DNA of 64,000 nt from Burkholderiales bacterium. Lineage in GTDB: Bacteria > Pseudomonadota > Gammaproteobacteria > Burkholderiales > SG8-39. The position numbers and the translations under genes were made by a program. The number at the start of each line of letters is the position of its first letter. Position 1 is the first letter of the stretch. Location: assembly GCA_035762345.1 (NCBI GenBank), contig DASTPE010000082.1, forward strand, positions 4,823 to 68,822. The letters are read 5' to 3'. Below the pieces are notes generated by a model. That model was given only the letters and a program-made list of their open reading frames with translations. It was not told the DNA's origin and ran no database searches. Shown piece by piece: positions 22,582 to 38,237 of the stretch.

Positions 22582-24208
22582 GGGCAGGCTTGTCGCGGTC
22601 GAACATGCGCTGGATCTGCCATTGCTGGGCGATGGAAAGAATGTTGTTGACCAGCCAGTAGAGCACGAGGCCGGCCGGGAAGAAAAAGAAGAAGATACTG
22701 AAGACGAACGGCATGATCTGCATTACACGAGCCTGCACCGGGTCAGGCGGCACGGGATTCATCCGCGTCTGCAGTACCATCGTCGCCGTCATCAGGATGG
22801 GCAGGACGTAGTAGGGGTCGAGCGCAGACAGGTCCTTGATCCACAGCATGAACGGCGCGTGGCGCAATTCGATGGCCGCGAGCAGCACCCAGTACAGGGC
22901 AATGAACACCGGGATCTGCACCAGGATGGGGAAGCAGCCCCCGAGCGGGTTGATCTTCTCGGTCTTGTAGAGCTCCATCATCGCCTGATTCATCTTCTGC
23001 CGGTCGTGCGCGTACATCTCGCGCAGCTTCTGCAGCCTGGGCGTGATCAGCTTCATCTTCGCCATCGACTTGTAGCTCGCGGCCGAGAGGGGAAAAAAGA
23101 GGAGCTTGATGAGCACCGTGAGCAGGATGATCGCGACACCCCAGTTGCCCGACAGCGCGTGAAACTTCTCCAGCAACCAGAACAGCGGCCAGGCGATGAT
23201 CGCAAGCCAGCCGTAATCGACCACCAGGTCGAGGCCCGGTGCGGCCGCCTGTAGGCGGCGCTGCTCCTGCGGCCCGACATAGAGCGGTACCTTAACCGCC
23301 GCGCTGGCGCCCGGCGCCACGCTCACCGGCACCATCGCCCGGGCGGCGTAGCTGCCGTCGGGGCGTTTCTCGGCTACGTAATCGCGCTGCAACCCTTGCG
23401 GGGGCAGCCACGCCGAGACGAAATAGTGCTGCACGAACGCGAGCCAGCCGTTGGTCGCCTGCTTGACGTAATCCCCCTTACCCTTGTCCAGGTCCGAGAG
23501 ATGGATCTTCTCGAACTTGCGCTCATCGGTGTACACGGCGAAGCCGATAAAGCTCTGCGCGCCGAAAGTCTGCGCGACCGTATTCGTGTTCGTTTCCGGC
23601 TTGCCGTCATGCGTAAGCTGGAAGTAAGCATAAGCGGCCACTGGCGCGGCGCCGGGATTGCGCACCTCTAGGGCCACGTCGACGACGTAGCTGTTGCGCT
23701 TGAAGGTGTAGCTCTTGCGTACTTCGATTCCTTCCCTGCCAGTGGCGACAAGCTGTACTGCCACTTCGTCGCGGCCTGGGGCGAGTTCCCGTTCTCCCGG
23801 CTCGGCGCGCCACAGCGTACGGTGGTTCGGTCCGCCCTCGCCGGCGAGGCCGCTTTGCGCTTCGTACTGACGCTCGGAGCCCAACAGCACGAGATTCCTA
23901 GAAAGGTCATTGGAGTCCTTGTGGCGCACAAGCTCTAAACGCTTCAGCGTCCCGCCGAGCGTGTCGATCTCGGCCGCGACGAGGTCTGTGCTCACGCGTA
24001 CCACCTCGCCCTTTGCCGCCTCGGCGCCGGGGACGGCCGCCGACGGTTTGGCGGCGGGCGGCGCCGGTTTGGCCGGCGCAGCTACGCCCTCTTGCTCCGT
24101 CGGCGCCGTGGGTGCCGGCTTCGGGCGCTTCTCCTTCTCCCATGCCTCCCAAAGCATGAGAAGCGAGAAGCTGAAGATCACGAGGAGAATCAGCCTTTGC
24201 GTATCCAT
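22568..24208 (-). CDS. yidC: Membrane protein insertase YidC
   Basis: 546 aa. N-terminal TM, large periplasmic domain and a conserved C-terminal 5-TM core ([19 protein letters not shown]). Confidence 0.95.
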   Translation of the reverse strand: MDTQRLILLVIFSFSLLMLWEAWEKEKRPKPAPTAPTEQEGVAAPAKPAPPAAKPSAAVPGAEAAKGEVVRVSTDLVAAEIDTLGGTLKRLELVRHKDSNDLSRNLVLLGSERQYEAQSGLAGEGGPNHRTLWRAEPGERELAPGRDEVAVQLVATGREGIEVRKSYTFKRNSYVVDVALEVRNPGAAPVAAYAYFQLTHDGKPETNTNTVAQTFGAQSFIGFAVYTDERKFEKIHLSDLDKGKGDYVKQATNGWLAFVQHYFVSAWLPPQGLQRDYVAEKRPDGSYAARAMVPVSVAPGASAAVKVPLYVGPQEQRRLQAAAPGLDLVVDYGWLAIIAWPLFWLLEKFHALSGNWGVAIILLTVLIKLLFFPLSAASYKSMAKMKLITPRLQKLREMYAHDRQKMNQAMMELYKTEKINPLGGCFPILVQIPVFIALYWVLLAAIELRHAPFMLWIKDLSALDPYYVLPILMTATMVLQTRMNPVPPDPVQARVMQIMPFVFSIFFFFFPAGLVLYWLVNNILSIAQQWQIQRMFDRDKPAHAKR

Positions 24209-24211
24209 GGC

Positions 24212-24424
24212 CTACGGGACAGGATCGTGACCGCCCGGATGCCAGGGGCCGCAGCGGCATACGCGGCGCGCAGCGAGCCAGCCGCCGCGCCAGAATCCGT
24301 GCCGGCGCAACGCATCCTCCGTGTAATGTGAGCAACTCGGGTAGAAACGGCACGCGGACGGCAACAAAGGCCGCACACACCAGCGATAGGCGACGAGCAA
24401 GAAGCACAGCGCGCGCACCGTCAT
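24212..24424 (-). CDS. yidD: Membrane protein insertion efficiency factor YidD
   Basis: 70 aa with CRFYPSCSHYTEDAL. Lies between rnpA and yidC. Confidence 0.85.
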   Translation of the reverse strand: MTVRALCFLLVAYRWCVRPLLPSACRFYPSCSHYTEDALRRHGFWRGGWLAARRVCRCGPWHPGGHDPVP

Positions 24425-24744
24425 TAGGCGAGCCTGCCAAAAATCTCACGCAGGCGGGCGACCATCTGCGCCGAAGGCTTCACACCGTACGGCGGGCGCA
24501 CCAGCACGTCGACTGGGCCGAGCCGCTCCTGCTCCAGCCGGAAGGCCTCGCGGATGCAACGCTTGATGCGATTGCGCACGACAGCGCGCGCCGCGTGCCT
24601 GCGTGAGATGAGCACGCCGAGCCGCGCCGCTCCGCTGTCGCGTCGCCCCACATACATGGTGTAACCGTCAAGTTTGCGCCGCGCACCGTGTCGCAGCAGC
24701 CGTTCGAAGTCGGCCTTTAGCGTCAGCCGGCGCGCGGCATCCAG
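24424..24744 (-). CDS. rnpA: RNase P protein component (start inferred at CTG; first ATG is at 24657)
   Basis: RNR motif VVRNRIKRCIREAFR. The conserved N-terminal part RRLTLKADFERLLRHG is in frame upstream of the first ATG. That open frame contains no ATG, GTG or TTG, and a CTG lies at 24742-24744. Confidence 0.7.
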   Translation of the reverse strand: MDAARRLTLKADFERLLRHGARRKLDGYTMYVGRRDSGAARLGVLISRRHAARAVVRNRIKRCIREAFRLEQERLGPVDVLVRPPYGVKPSAQMVARLREIFGRLA

Positions 24745-24767
24745 TCCGAAGCGCTTGCGGGCCGCGG

Positions 24768-24908
24768 CTACAGCCCGAGCCGACGCCTGCCGCGAGCGCG
24801 TCGGTTCCGCAGCACCTTGCGGCCGCCGGCAGTGCGGCTGCGCACGCGAAAACCGTGACGCCGCGCGCGCCGAGTCTTGGAAGGTTGGTAAGTCCGTTTT
24901 GTCGCCAT
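24768..24908 (-). CDS. rpmH: 50S ribosomal protein L34
   Basis: Hand translation gives [46 protein letters not shown] (46 aa). Too short for the ORF track. Classic position divergent from dnaA. Confidence 0.9.
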   Translation of the reverse strand: MATKRTYQPSKTRRARRHGFRVRSRTAGGRKVLRNRRARGRRRLGL

Positions 24909-24967
24909 CAGCCGGTCCGAAAAAGGGCGGTATTAGAGCGTGCGCGTGCGCGCATTGTCAATTCGTC

Positions 24968-24976
24968 TGTGGATAA
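24968..24976 (-). promoter_or_regulatory. Perfect DnaA box in the dnaA promoter region
   Basis: The plus strand reads TGTGGATAA, which is TTATCCACA on the minus strand (9/9). It overlaps a -35-like TGGATA placed 17 nt upstream of the -10-like TAAAAT at 24993-24998. Confidence 0.7.
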
Positions 24977-25026
24977 GGCATGCCTAAGAAGGTAAAATTC
25001 CAATTCGCTTTCGACCCAACGAAAAG

Positions 25027-26349
25027 ATGCAAAACCTCTGGGATGCCTGCCTGCGGCGCCTCGAGCAGGAGCTCCCCGCGCAACAGTTCAACACGTGGAT
25101 CCGGCCGCTTGCGCCGGAAGCGGCCGAGGCGACCGACACGCTCGTTCTGGCGGCACCCAATCGATTTGTTCTCGAGCTGGTGCGCGACCGGTTCGCCGCG
25201 CGCATCGAGCGTCTGGCATCCGAAGCGAGCGGGCGAGAGCTCGGCCTGCGCCTTGTTCTGGCTCGCATGGTAGAGCCTGCAGCGCCGCAAGCCGCCCCGC
25301 GTGCCGCCGAAACGCCGTCGATTCTTGAGCGCGCCAGGCTCAATCCTGCGTTCTCGTTCGACAGCTTCGTCACCGGCAAGGCGAACCAGCTCGCGCGCGC
25401 GGCCGCGCTTCAGGTCGCCGAAAATCCCGGGGTTTCCTACAACCCGCTTTTTGTTTACGGCGGCGTGGGACTCGGCAAGACGCACCTCGTGCAGGCAATC
25501 GGCAACCAGCTCGCCGACCAGCGTCCGCAGGCGCGGATCCGCTACATCCATGCCGAGCAGTATGTCACCGACGTGGTGCGGGCTTACCAGCAGAAGTCGT
25601 TTGATGAATTCAAGCGCTATTACCATTCGCTCGACCTTCTGCTGATCGACGATATCCAGTTCTTCTCCAACAAGGGTCGGACGCAGGAGGAGTTCTTTTA
25701 CGCCTTCAACGCGCTGGTAGAGGCCCACAAGCAGATCGTCATCACCTGCGATACCTACCCCAAGGAGATCGCCGGCATGGAGGAGCGGCTGATCTCGCGC
25801 TTCGGCTGGGGCCTTACCGTCGCAATTGAGCCGCCGGAGCTCGAGATGCGCGTCGCCATCGTGCTAAAGAAGGCGGAGGCCGAGTCGGTCGCGCTGTCCG
25901 AGGACATCGCTTTCTTCATTGCCAAGCACTTACGCTCCAACGTGCGCGAGCTTGAGGGCGCACTGAAGAAAGTGCTCGCGTTCGCGCGCTTTTCCGGGCG
26001 CGAGCTATCGCTCGAGCTCGCCAAGGAAGCCCTGCAGGACATTCTGAATGTCGCGAGCCGGCAGGTCAGCGTCGAAGGTATCCAGAAAACTGTCGCCGAG
26101 TATTTCAAGATCAAGATTTCCGACATGCATTCCAAGAAGCGCAGCCGCAACGTGGCGCGCCCGCGCCAGGTCGCCATGGCGCTCGCGAAGGACCTGACGC
26201 AGATGAGCCTGCCGGAAATCGGCGAGGCGTTCGGTAACCGCGACCATACCACCGTGCTGCATGCCTGCCGCACGATCGCCAGCCTGCGCAAGCACGACAC
26301 CGCGCTCAACCGCGACTACGTGGTACTTGAACAGGTGCTGAAAGGCTAA
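25027..26349 (+). CDS. dnaA: Chromosomal replication initiator protein DnaA
   Basis: 440 aa. Walker [11 protein letters not shown] and the DnaA signature in the C-terminal DNA-binding domain (DHTTVLHA). Confidence 0.97.
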   Translation: MQNLWDACLRRLEQELPAQQFNTWIRPLAPEAAEATDTLVLAAPNRFVLELVRDRFAARIERLASEASGRELGLRLVLARMVEPAAPQAAPRAAETPSILERARLNPAFSFDSFVTGKANQLARAAALQVAENPGVSYNPLFVYGGVGLGKTHLVQAIGNQLADQRPQARIRYIHAEQYVTDVVRAYQQKSFDEFKRYYHSLDLLLIDDIQFFSNKGRTQEEFFYAFNALVEAHKQIVITCDTYPKEIAGMEERLISRFGWGLTVAIEPPELEMRVAIVLKKAEAESVALSEDIAFFIAKHLRSNVRELEGALKKVLAFARFSGRELSLELAKEALQDILNVASRQVSVEGIQKTVAEYFKIKISDMHSKKRSRNVARPRQVAMALAKDLTQMSLPEIGEAFGNRDHTTVLHACRTIASLRKHDTALNRDYVVLEQVLKG

Positions 26350-26368
26350 GGAAAAGTTGGGGGCGGAT

Positions 26369-26547
26369 TGTGAGTAACCAACGCGATCGCCACCTGGGTG
26401 CGAACGATCCACACTGCCGCGCGCTCCATCCACAGCTTTTGCAACGCTCGAACGCATCTGCAAAACGCGTCTCAGCAAGGACTTGCATACTTATCCCGCG
26501 ATCGCCTGGCCCTTATTAGCTATTACTAAGACTTAAGGTAAATAACA
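26369..26547. other. Candidate oriC module: degenerate DnaA boxes plus an AT-rich tract
   Basis: Three boxes match TTATCCACA at 7/9: TTACTCACA (reverse complement of 26369-26377), CGATCCACA (26405-26413) and CCATCCACA (26426-26434). TTATCCCGC at 26491-26499 matches 6/9. An AT-rich run at 26512-26547 sits in otherwise GC-rich DNA. Confidence 0.4.
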
Positions 26548-32534
<5,987 letters not shown>

Positions 32535-32622
32535 GCGGCGTGAAAGGCCGCAGATGATAAGTGCAAACGCGCGCGCGCTTCAACCACCCTGCGCCCGCGT
32601 GAAAAAATGCGGCGAGGAGGCG

Positions 32623-33081
32623 CTAGCTCGCGAGGCGTGCGTGCGGCGCGGAAAGAAGATGCTCCGCGACCAGCCGGCCGGTCGATGTCTGCTGGTTCCA
32701 CAGCACCATCAGCACGACCAGCTTCAGCTGCTCGAGGCTGAGCTTCTCGCCCGACGCGGCCAGGGCGCGCTCGATCACGAGCTCGCGCGTTTCCGCGCTA
32801 AGGATGTCAGAGTGCTCGAGTGTGAGCAGGAAGCCGCGGCACGCCGCGTCCAGCTTCGCCAGCTCACGCGGCGCGTACGCGCGAAAGCTCGAGCGCGCGT
32901 CGGGTAAGGGCTCGCGCACGACGCGCGCAGTGCGCGCCATGCCGGCGAGCCAGTGCAACGCCTCGCTGATATCCGAATCCTCGAATCCGGCCGCCGACAG
33001 CTTCTTCGCTACACGTTCTCGGTCGCCGGCGAGCTCGACCTGCTGGCAATTCTCGAACAGGAAAACGAGGACTTCGTACAT
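32623..33081 (-). CDS. smg: Smg protein (DUF494)
   Basis: 152 aa. Starts MYEVLVFLFEN, typical of Smg. Conserved dprA-smg-topoisomerase neighbourhood. Confidence 0.85.
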   Translation of the reverse strand: MYEVLVFLFENCQQVELAGDRERVAKKLSAAGFEDSDISEALHWLAGMARTARVVREPLPDARSSFRAYAPRELAKLDAACRGFLLTLEHSDILSAETRELVIERALAASGEKLSLEQLKLVVLMVLWNQQTSTGRLVAEHLLSAPHARLAS

Positions 33082-33132
33082 GGTTGTTCCTTCTTTCTCA
33101 TAACGCGACGATGAGAATTGCGTTTACCGGCG

Positions 33133-34224
33133 CTAACCCTTCTCGAGCCGCTGATAAAGTCCACCGGGCAGCGCGGTGATGCGGCCGTCGAGCTCCAGGC
33201 GCAAGAGTTCCGAGGAAACCTGTTCGGCCGACAGCCTGGCACGCGAGCACAGCGAGTCCACGTCAACTGGGTCGTGTCCCATGTGCGCAAGCAGCCCTGA
33301 ATCTTGCGGCGACGCGGTGTCCAAGGTAGTGGATGCTGAGGCGCTCTGTCCGAATCCCGCTAACTCAGTGAGCACGTCTTCGGCTGATTCGACGAGCTTC
33401 GCGCCAGACTTGATGAGCGCGTGGCAGCCCTTGGAGAGCGGGGAGTGGATCGAGCCCGGAATTGCAAACACCTCGCGGCCCTGCTCGGCGGCCGCGCGCG
33501 CGGTGATCAGCGAGCCGGACGCAAGCGCGGCCTCGACGACAAGGCAACCCCGAGCAAGCCCGCTGATCAGGCGGTTTCGGCGCGGGAAGTTCTGCGCCGC
33601 TGGCGGGGTGCCGAGCGGGAACTCGGTGATCAGCAAGCCGCGCTCGGCGATGCGCGCGGCGAGTGCGGCGTTGCGGCTCGGATAAGTCACATCCGCACCG
33701 GTGCCGAGGACCGCAATGGTGGACGAGGCGCCCGCAAGTCCGCCACGATGCGCTGCGGCGTCAATGCCGAGCGCCAGCCCGGAAACGATCGTGAAACCGG
33801 CGTCGCTCAATGCCTTTGCCAATGACTCGGCGTTGACTTCCCCTTGCTGCGTGGAATTGCGGCTGCCGACAATGGCAAGCGCCGGCCCGCCGAGGAGCTC
33901 GGTTCGGCCGTGCGCATAGAGGACCGGGGGCGGGTCGGGAATCTCGAGAAGTAGTCGCGGGTACGCTTCATCGGCGAGGGTCACGATCGAGCGGCCTGGC
34001 TGCGCTACCCAGCCAAGGCAGTGCGTTACCGCATCGGCGACGGCTTCGGAGTCCAGCGCAGCCAGCACTGCAGGTGTGGTGAAGGAAGCAAGCTCGGCTC
34101 GCCTCTTAGCGAGGGCCGCCTGCGGCAGCCCGAATTGCCGAAGAATGCGCTGGAACGTTGCAGGACCGAGGCCCGGGGTTAGCGCCAGCTGTAGCCAGCT
34201 CGCAAGCCCCGGGTCGGGATTCAC
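33133..34224 (-). CDS. dprA: DNA processing protein DprA/Smf
   Basis: 363 aa, GTG start. Rossmann-like core IVGSRNSTQQG...SGLALGIDAAAHRG. Confidence 0.9.
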   Translation of the reverse strand: MNPDPGLASWLQLALTPGLGPATFQRILRQFGLPQAALAKRRAELASFTTPAVLAALDSEAVADAVTHCLGWVAQPGRSIVTLADEAYPRLLLEIPDPPPVLYAHGRTELLGGPALAIVGSRNSTQQGEVNAESLAKALSDAGFTIVSGLALGIDAAAHRGGLAGASSTIAVLGTGADVTYPSRNAALAARIAERGLLITEFPLGTPPAAQNFPRRNRLISGLARGCLVVEAALASGSLITARAAAEQGREVFAIPGSIHSPLSKGCHALIKSGAKLVESAEDVLTELAGFGQSASASTTLDTASPQDSGLLAHMGHDPVDVDSLCSRARLSAEQVSSELLRLELDGRITALPGGLYQRLEKG

Positions 34225-34236
34225 TTCTTGTTCTTG

Positions 34237-35382
34237 TTACGGCGTCTGCACCACATCGAGTGGGCTGACCGGTCTCGTGACCTGCATGATGAGCGCATAG
34301 GATATGCGGTCGAAGACCCGGAATACAAACGCCAGTCCGGCGCGTTCATCAGGAAGTTGGATGCGCGCGTCAGGAGCGCTTCTGGCCTTACTCCGGTCGC
34401 GCACCGTTCCTCCACGGTTATAGAGCGCGAGTACGTGACCCACTTCGACGCCGTCCGCCTTGCCCCGGTTGATGCTGATGATTGACTGAGGGCCAGCTTC
34501 GCCCACATGTGCCACACCACCGTAGATGCCGATTACGCGCCCCTTGATTTGCGTGGCCGGCGCATGCGGGGCGTAGTTCACCGGTTGTGGTCGCCCGGCG
34601 GCGACTAACTTGTCGCCGGCGCCCACTTCTTGAACCGCGCTGGTGAGGACAACAGTCGCCGGTTCGCCGGGCCGCGTGAGCTGAGCAGTGCCGAGATAGA
34701 TGGCTTCGTACCCGAGAGTCTTGTTGGTATCCGGATCCACCAACGCAGTGCCCTTACGGTAGACGTACCAGGTCTCATCCTTGGACGCGCCAATCCCGCG
34801 CACGTAGGCGGAGTTGCCTGCCGCAAGCACTACGCGGTCCTGCTGTGTCGCGATGATGGTCGGGGCTTTCTCAAGCCCGTCAGGCTCGATGACCAACGGC
34901 CGTGACAGAAAAGGCTCGATGGCCGAGGGGGGAATGCTCGGAATCTCCTGCTTCGCGAGCGATTCGGCACGCAGGCGCGGGGTGAGCTTGAGCGTGCCGG
35001 GAGCGGTGGTCGGTGCGCCAGGCGGGACGCCCGGCGCTCCGGGCTCCCCGGCTGCTTCAGGTTTCGCCTCCGTAGCGGGCGGCGCAATCGTGAGGCGCGC
35101 GCGATCGCGGTCGAGCAGGATTACGTAGCCGGGATAGATGAGGTGGGGGTTACGGATCTGCTCCCGGTTCATGTTCCACAGTTCTGGCCAGCGCCAAGGC
35201 GAGTCCGTGTAGCGCTCGGAGATACCCCAAAGGGTGTCGCCCGGGACAATGACGTAACGGTCGGGGGCGTCGGGCTTGATCGTGAGCGGCGTCGACGCGG
35301 GCGCTCCAGGGGCCTGCGCGGTAGCGCTTACGGAGACCAAGAAAGCGAGCGCTATGATAGACTTACAGGCTTTCTGGACCAT
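34237..35382 (-). CDS. LysM domain-containing periplasmic protein
   Basis: Trimmed to the ATG at 35380-35382. Signal peptide KSIIALAFLVSVSATAQA and LysM motif YVIVPGDTLWGISERY. Confidence 0.8.
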   Translation of the reverse strand: MVQKACKSIIALAFLVSVSATAQAPGAPASTPLTIKPDAPDRYVIVPGDTLWGISERYTDSPWRWPELWNMNREQIRNPHLIYPGYVILLDRDRARLTIAPPATEAKPEAAGEPGAPGVPPGAPTTAPGTLKLTPRLRAESLAKQEIPSIPPSAIEPFLSRPLVIEPDGLEKAPTIIATQQDRVVLAAGNSAYVRGIGASKDETWYVYRKGTALVDPDTNKTLGYEAIYLGTAQLTRPGEPATVVLTSAVQEVGAGDKLVAAGRPQPVNYAPHAPATQIKGRVIGIYGGVAHVGEAGPQSIISINRGKADGVEVGHVLALYNRGGTVRDRSKARSAPDARIQLPDERAGLAFVFRVFDRISYALIMQVTRPVSPLDVVQTP

Positions 35383-35511
35383 GGCGATCCGTCCCTTTCG
35401 CGATTTCTGGACCGACTGGAAATCGGTTTTTTTACCCCAATGTAGCACAAAGGCTTGATTTCTTATGCGCTGCCTGAAATTGTCCACATAATCCATTCAA
35501 TTGCAAGTGAA

Positions 35512-36015
35512 ATGTCCCTTTTAAACATACTTCGGTATCCCGACGCCCGCCTGCACAAGGTAGCTGCGCCCGTCACGGTTTTCGATGAAAGCCTGAAGAG
35601 GCTGGTTGCCGACATGGTGGAAACCATGTACGCCGCGCCCGGTATCGGGCTCGCGGCTATCCAAGTGGACGTCCCTAAGCAGGTGATCGTGGTCGATGTT
35701 TCGGAGCGGCGTGATTCCCTGGTCGTGCTGGTCAATCCGGAGATTCTGGAGGCGATCGGGGTCTCCGACATTGAGGAAGGCTGCCTTTCGGTTCCGGGAA
35801 TCTACGAGCTGGTCAAGCGAGCCGAGCGCGTGAAGGTGCGCGCCCACGACCAGAACGGCAATCCATTTACGCTGGAAGCACAAGGGCTGCTCGCGGTGTG
35901 CATCCAGCACGAGATGGACCATCTAGAAGGTAAGGTTTTCGTCGAGCATCTCTCGCAGCTCAGGCAGCAGCGCATTCGCGCCAAGCTCGCCAAGCAGCTG
36001 CGCAAGTCGGCCTGA
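35512..36015 (+). CDS. def: Peptide deformylase
   Basis: Trimmed to the ATG at 35512. Motifs [14 protein letters not shown] and QHEMDHL. Confidence 0.9.
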   Translation: MSLLNILRYPDARLHKVAAPVTVFDESLKRLVADMVETMYAAPGIGLAAIQVDVPKQVIVVDVSERRDSLVVLVNPEILEAIGVSDIEEGCLSVPGIYELVKRAERVKVRAHDQNGNPFTLEAQGLLAVCIQHEMDHLEGKVFVEHLSQLRQQRIRAKLAKQLRKSA

Positions 36016-36028
36016 CCGTCTCGCTTTC

Positions 36029-36949
36029 CTGCGCCTAGTCTTCGCCGGCACGCCAGAATTCGGTGAGCGAGTGCTCACCGGCGTCGTAGCCGCGGGCCAC
36101 GAGGTGGTGCTCGTTCTTACGCAGCCCGATCGCCCCGCTGGCCGTGGCCTGCACCCCGTGGCGAGCCGGGTGAAGCGCTTCGCGACAACGCGAGATATCC
36201 CCGTTCTTCAGCCGTCGAGTCTGAAGGGCGCGCCCGTGCTTGAACGGGTTCGCGTCCTACGCCCGGATGCGATCGTAGTCGCCGCATACGGCTTGATTCT
36301 TCCCCCGACGCTCTTTGACGCAGCACGCTATGGCGCGCTTAACGTCCATGCCTCGCTCTTGCCGCGGTGGCGTGGCGCAGCGCCCATCCAGCGCGCCCTG
36401 CTTGCGGGCGACGCGGAAACCGGAGTTTCCATCATGCAGATGGATGCGGGTCTCGATTCCGGTGCCGTGCTGCTACAGCGCCGGATCCCCATCGCACGCG
36501 ACGATGATGCGGGTAGCTTGCACGACAAACTAGCTGCGCTCGGTGCCGATACGATAGTCGGTGCGCTCGCCGACATCGAAACCGGGCGGGCTCGAGCCAG
36601 CCCGCAGCCGCAGAACGGAGTGACCCACGCCACTAAGGTCGCCAAAGCCGAAGCTCGGCTCGACTGGACACGGCCCGCTAGCGAGCTCGAGCGCGCTGTA
36701 CGCGCTTTCCGCCCTTCCCCCGGTGCATTTGCGTTGCTCGAGCGCGAGCCGGTGAAGATCTGGCGCGCCGAAGTGTTCGACTTTACAGGCGAACCCGGAA
36801 CGCTCCGCCTCGTGGGAGACAAGCTGGTCGTCGCGTGCGGAGAGCAGGCGCTCGCCATATTGGAGCTGCAACGGGCCGGCGGCCGGGCGCTGAGCGCAGC
36901 CGAATTTCTGCGCGGCCGGTTGCTTCCTGCCGACGCCCGCTTTGCTTGA
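36029..36949 (+). CDS. fmt: Methionyl-tRNA formyltransferase (start inferred at CTG; first canonical start is GTG 36071)
   Basis: The 14 codons upstream of GTG 36071 read (CTG)RLVFAGTPEFGER, the canonical Fmt N-terminus. Downstream are TQPDRPAGRG and HASLLPRWRGAAPIQ. Confidence 0.85.
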   Translation: MRLVFAGTPEFGERVLTGVVAAGHEVVLVLTQPDRPAGRGLHPVASRVKRFATTRDIPVLQPSSLKGAPVLERVRVLRPDAIVVAAYGLILPPTLFDAARYGALNVHASLLPRWRGAAPIQRALLAGDAETGVSIMQMDAGLDSGAVLLQRRIPIARDDDAGSLHDKLAALGADTIVGALADIETGRARASPQPQNGVTHATKVAKAEARLDWTRPASELERAVRAFRPSPGAFALLEREPVKIWRAEVFDFTGEPGTLRLVGDKLVVACGEQALAILELQRAGGRALSAAEFLRGRLLPADARFA

Positions 36950-38226
36950 GCCCTCTGGCGATCGCGCTGCGCGACTCGGCAACGGCCGTCGCGCGCGTTG
37001 CCAACGGCACCAGCCTCGCTGCGGAATTCGAACGCTTCGCGGACGAAGGGGCGATGACGCCGCGGGCGACGCTGATCGATCTCACCCACGGCACGTTGCG
37101 GCGCTATGGACGCGTGCAGGCGATCGTGCGCGAGCTTTCTCACCGAGGAGGCGGCGACGTGACAGTCGAGGCGCTGCTTTGGTGCTCGCTCTATGCGCTT
37201 GAGTCGCGGCGCTACGCCGACTACACCGTTGTCGATCAGGCGGTGCGTGCCTGTAGCGCCCTGGAACGCTGGAGTGCCAAGGGTTACGTCAATGCGCTGC
37301 TTCGAGGCTACCTGCGGGAGCGCGCGTCCCTCGAGGCACGCATTCAGGCTGATCCGGAAGCGCGGTATCAGCACCCGCAGTGGTGGATGGAGCTCGTGCG
37401 TCAGGCGTACCCGGCGCAATGGAGCGCGGTGCTGACCGCAGGAAACATGCATCCGCCGATGTGCCTGCGGGTAAACCGGCGTCGCTCGTCGGTCGTCGAA
37501 TACGAGCGCCAACTGAAGGATGCCGGCATGGTTTCGCTTCACGTAGAAGACCAGGGGCTGCTGCTCGAGCGTCCGATCCCGGTCGAGCGGCTGCCTGGAT
37601 TCGCCTCCGGCGAAGTCTCGGTGCAAGATGCAGGCGCCCAGCGCGCGGCCCGCTGTTTGGACCTTGCCGCCGGCCAGCGTGTGCTCGATGCCTGCGCTGC
37701 GCCGGGTGGAAAAGCCGGGCATATTGCCGAGACGGCGGATGTGGAGCTTACCGCGCTGGATGCCAATGCGGAGCGTTGCGCGCGACTGGAGCGAAACCTC
37801 GCGCGTCTCGGGCTTGTCGCGCACGTCGCCAACGCCGATTGCACGCGGCCGACCGAGTGGTGGAACGGCGTTCCGTTCGATCGTGTGCTCGCCGACGTTC
37901 CGTGCTCCGGCTCGGGCGTGGTGCGGCGCCATCCGGACATCAAGTGGCTGCGGCGCAGCGGTGACGTTGAGCAGTTCGCCGCCCGCCAGGCCTCGATGCT
38001 GGACGCGCTTTGGCAGGTGCTTCGCCTGGATGGTAAATTGCTGTATGCCACCTGCTCGGTGTTTCCGCAGGAGAACGATGCGGTGATCGACGCGTTCATC
38101 GCACGCCAGCGCGCGGCGGGCACCCGCGCCATTCGCGTGCCGCTTCCAGATGGCGGCGCGTCGCAGGGGCTGCCCGACGCTGCGCGCGACGGGTTCTACT
38201 ACGCGCTGATCCAGAAACAAGCCTGA
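36946..38226 (+). CDS. rsmB: 16S rRNA m5C967 methyltransferase
   Basis: The start was set at the TTG at 36946 (TTGA overlap with the fmt stop). NusB-like N-terminal domain, SAM motif DACAAPGGK, and catalytic DVPCSG and ATCS. Confidence 0.85.
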   Translation: MSPLAIALRDSATAVARVANGTSLAAEFERFADEGAMTPRATLIDLTHGTLRRYGRVQAIVRELSHRGGGDVTVEALLWCSLYALESRRYADYTVVDQAVRACSALERWSAKGYVNALLRGYLRERASLEARIQADPEARYQHPQWWMELVRQAYPAQWSAVLTAGNMHPPMCLRVNRRRSSVVEYERQLKDAGMVSLHVEDQGLLLERPIPVERLPGFASGEVSVQDAGAQRAARCLDLAAGQRVLDACAAPGGKAGHIAETADVELTALDANAERCARLERNLARLGLVAHVANADCTRPTEWWNGVPFDRVLADVPCSGSGVVRRHPDIKWLRRSGDVEQFAARQASMLDALWQVLRLDGKLLYATCSVFPQENDAVIDAFIARQRAAGTRAIRVPLPDGGASQGLPDAARDGFYYALIQKQA

Positions 38227-38237
38227 CGCCACGCGCG

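Noticed and set aside
35480-35488. DnaA-box-like TTGTCCACA (8/9) upstream of def
   Set aside because: It is a single isolated box with no partners or AT-rich element, about 10 kb from dnaA. This is compatible with chance or minor regulation, not an origin.
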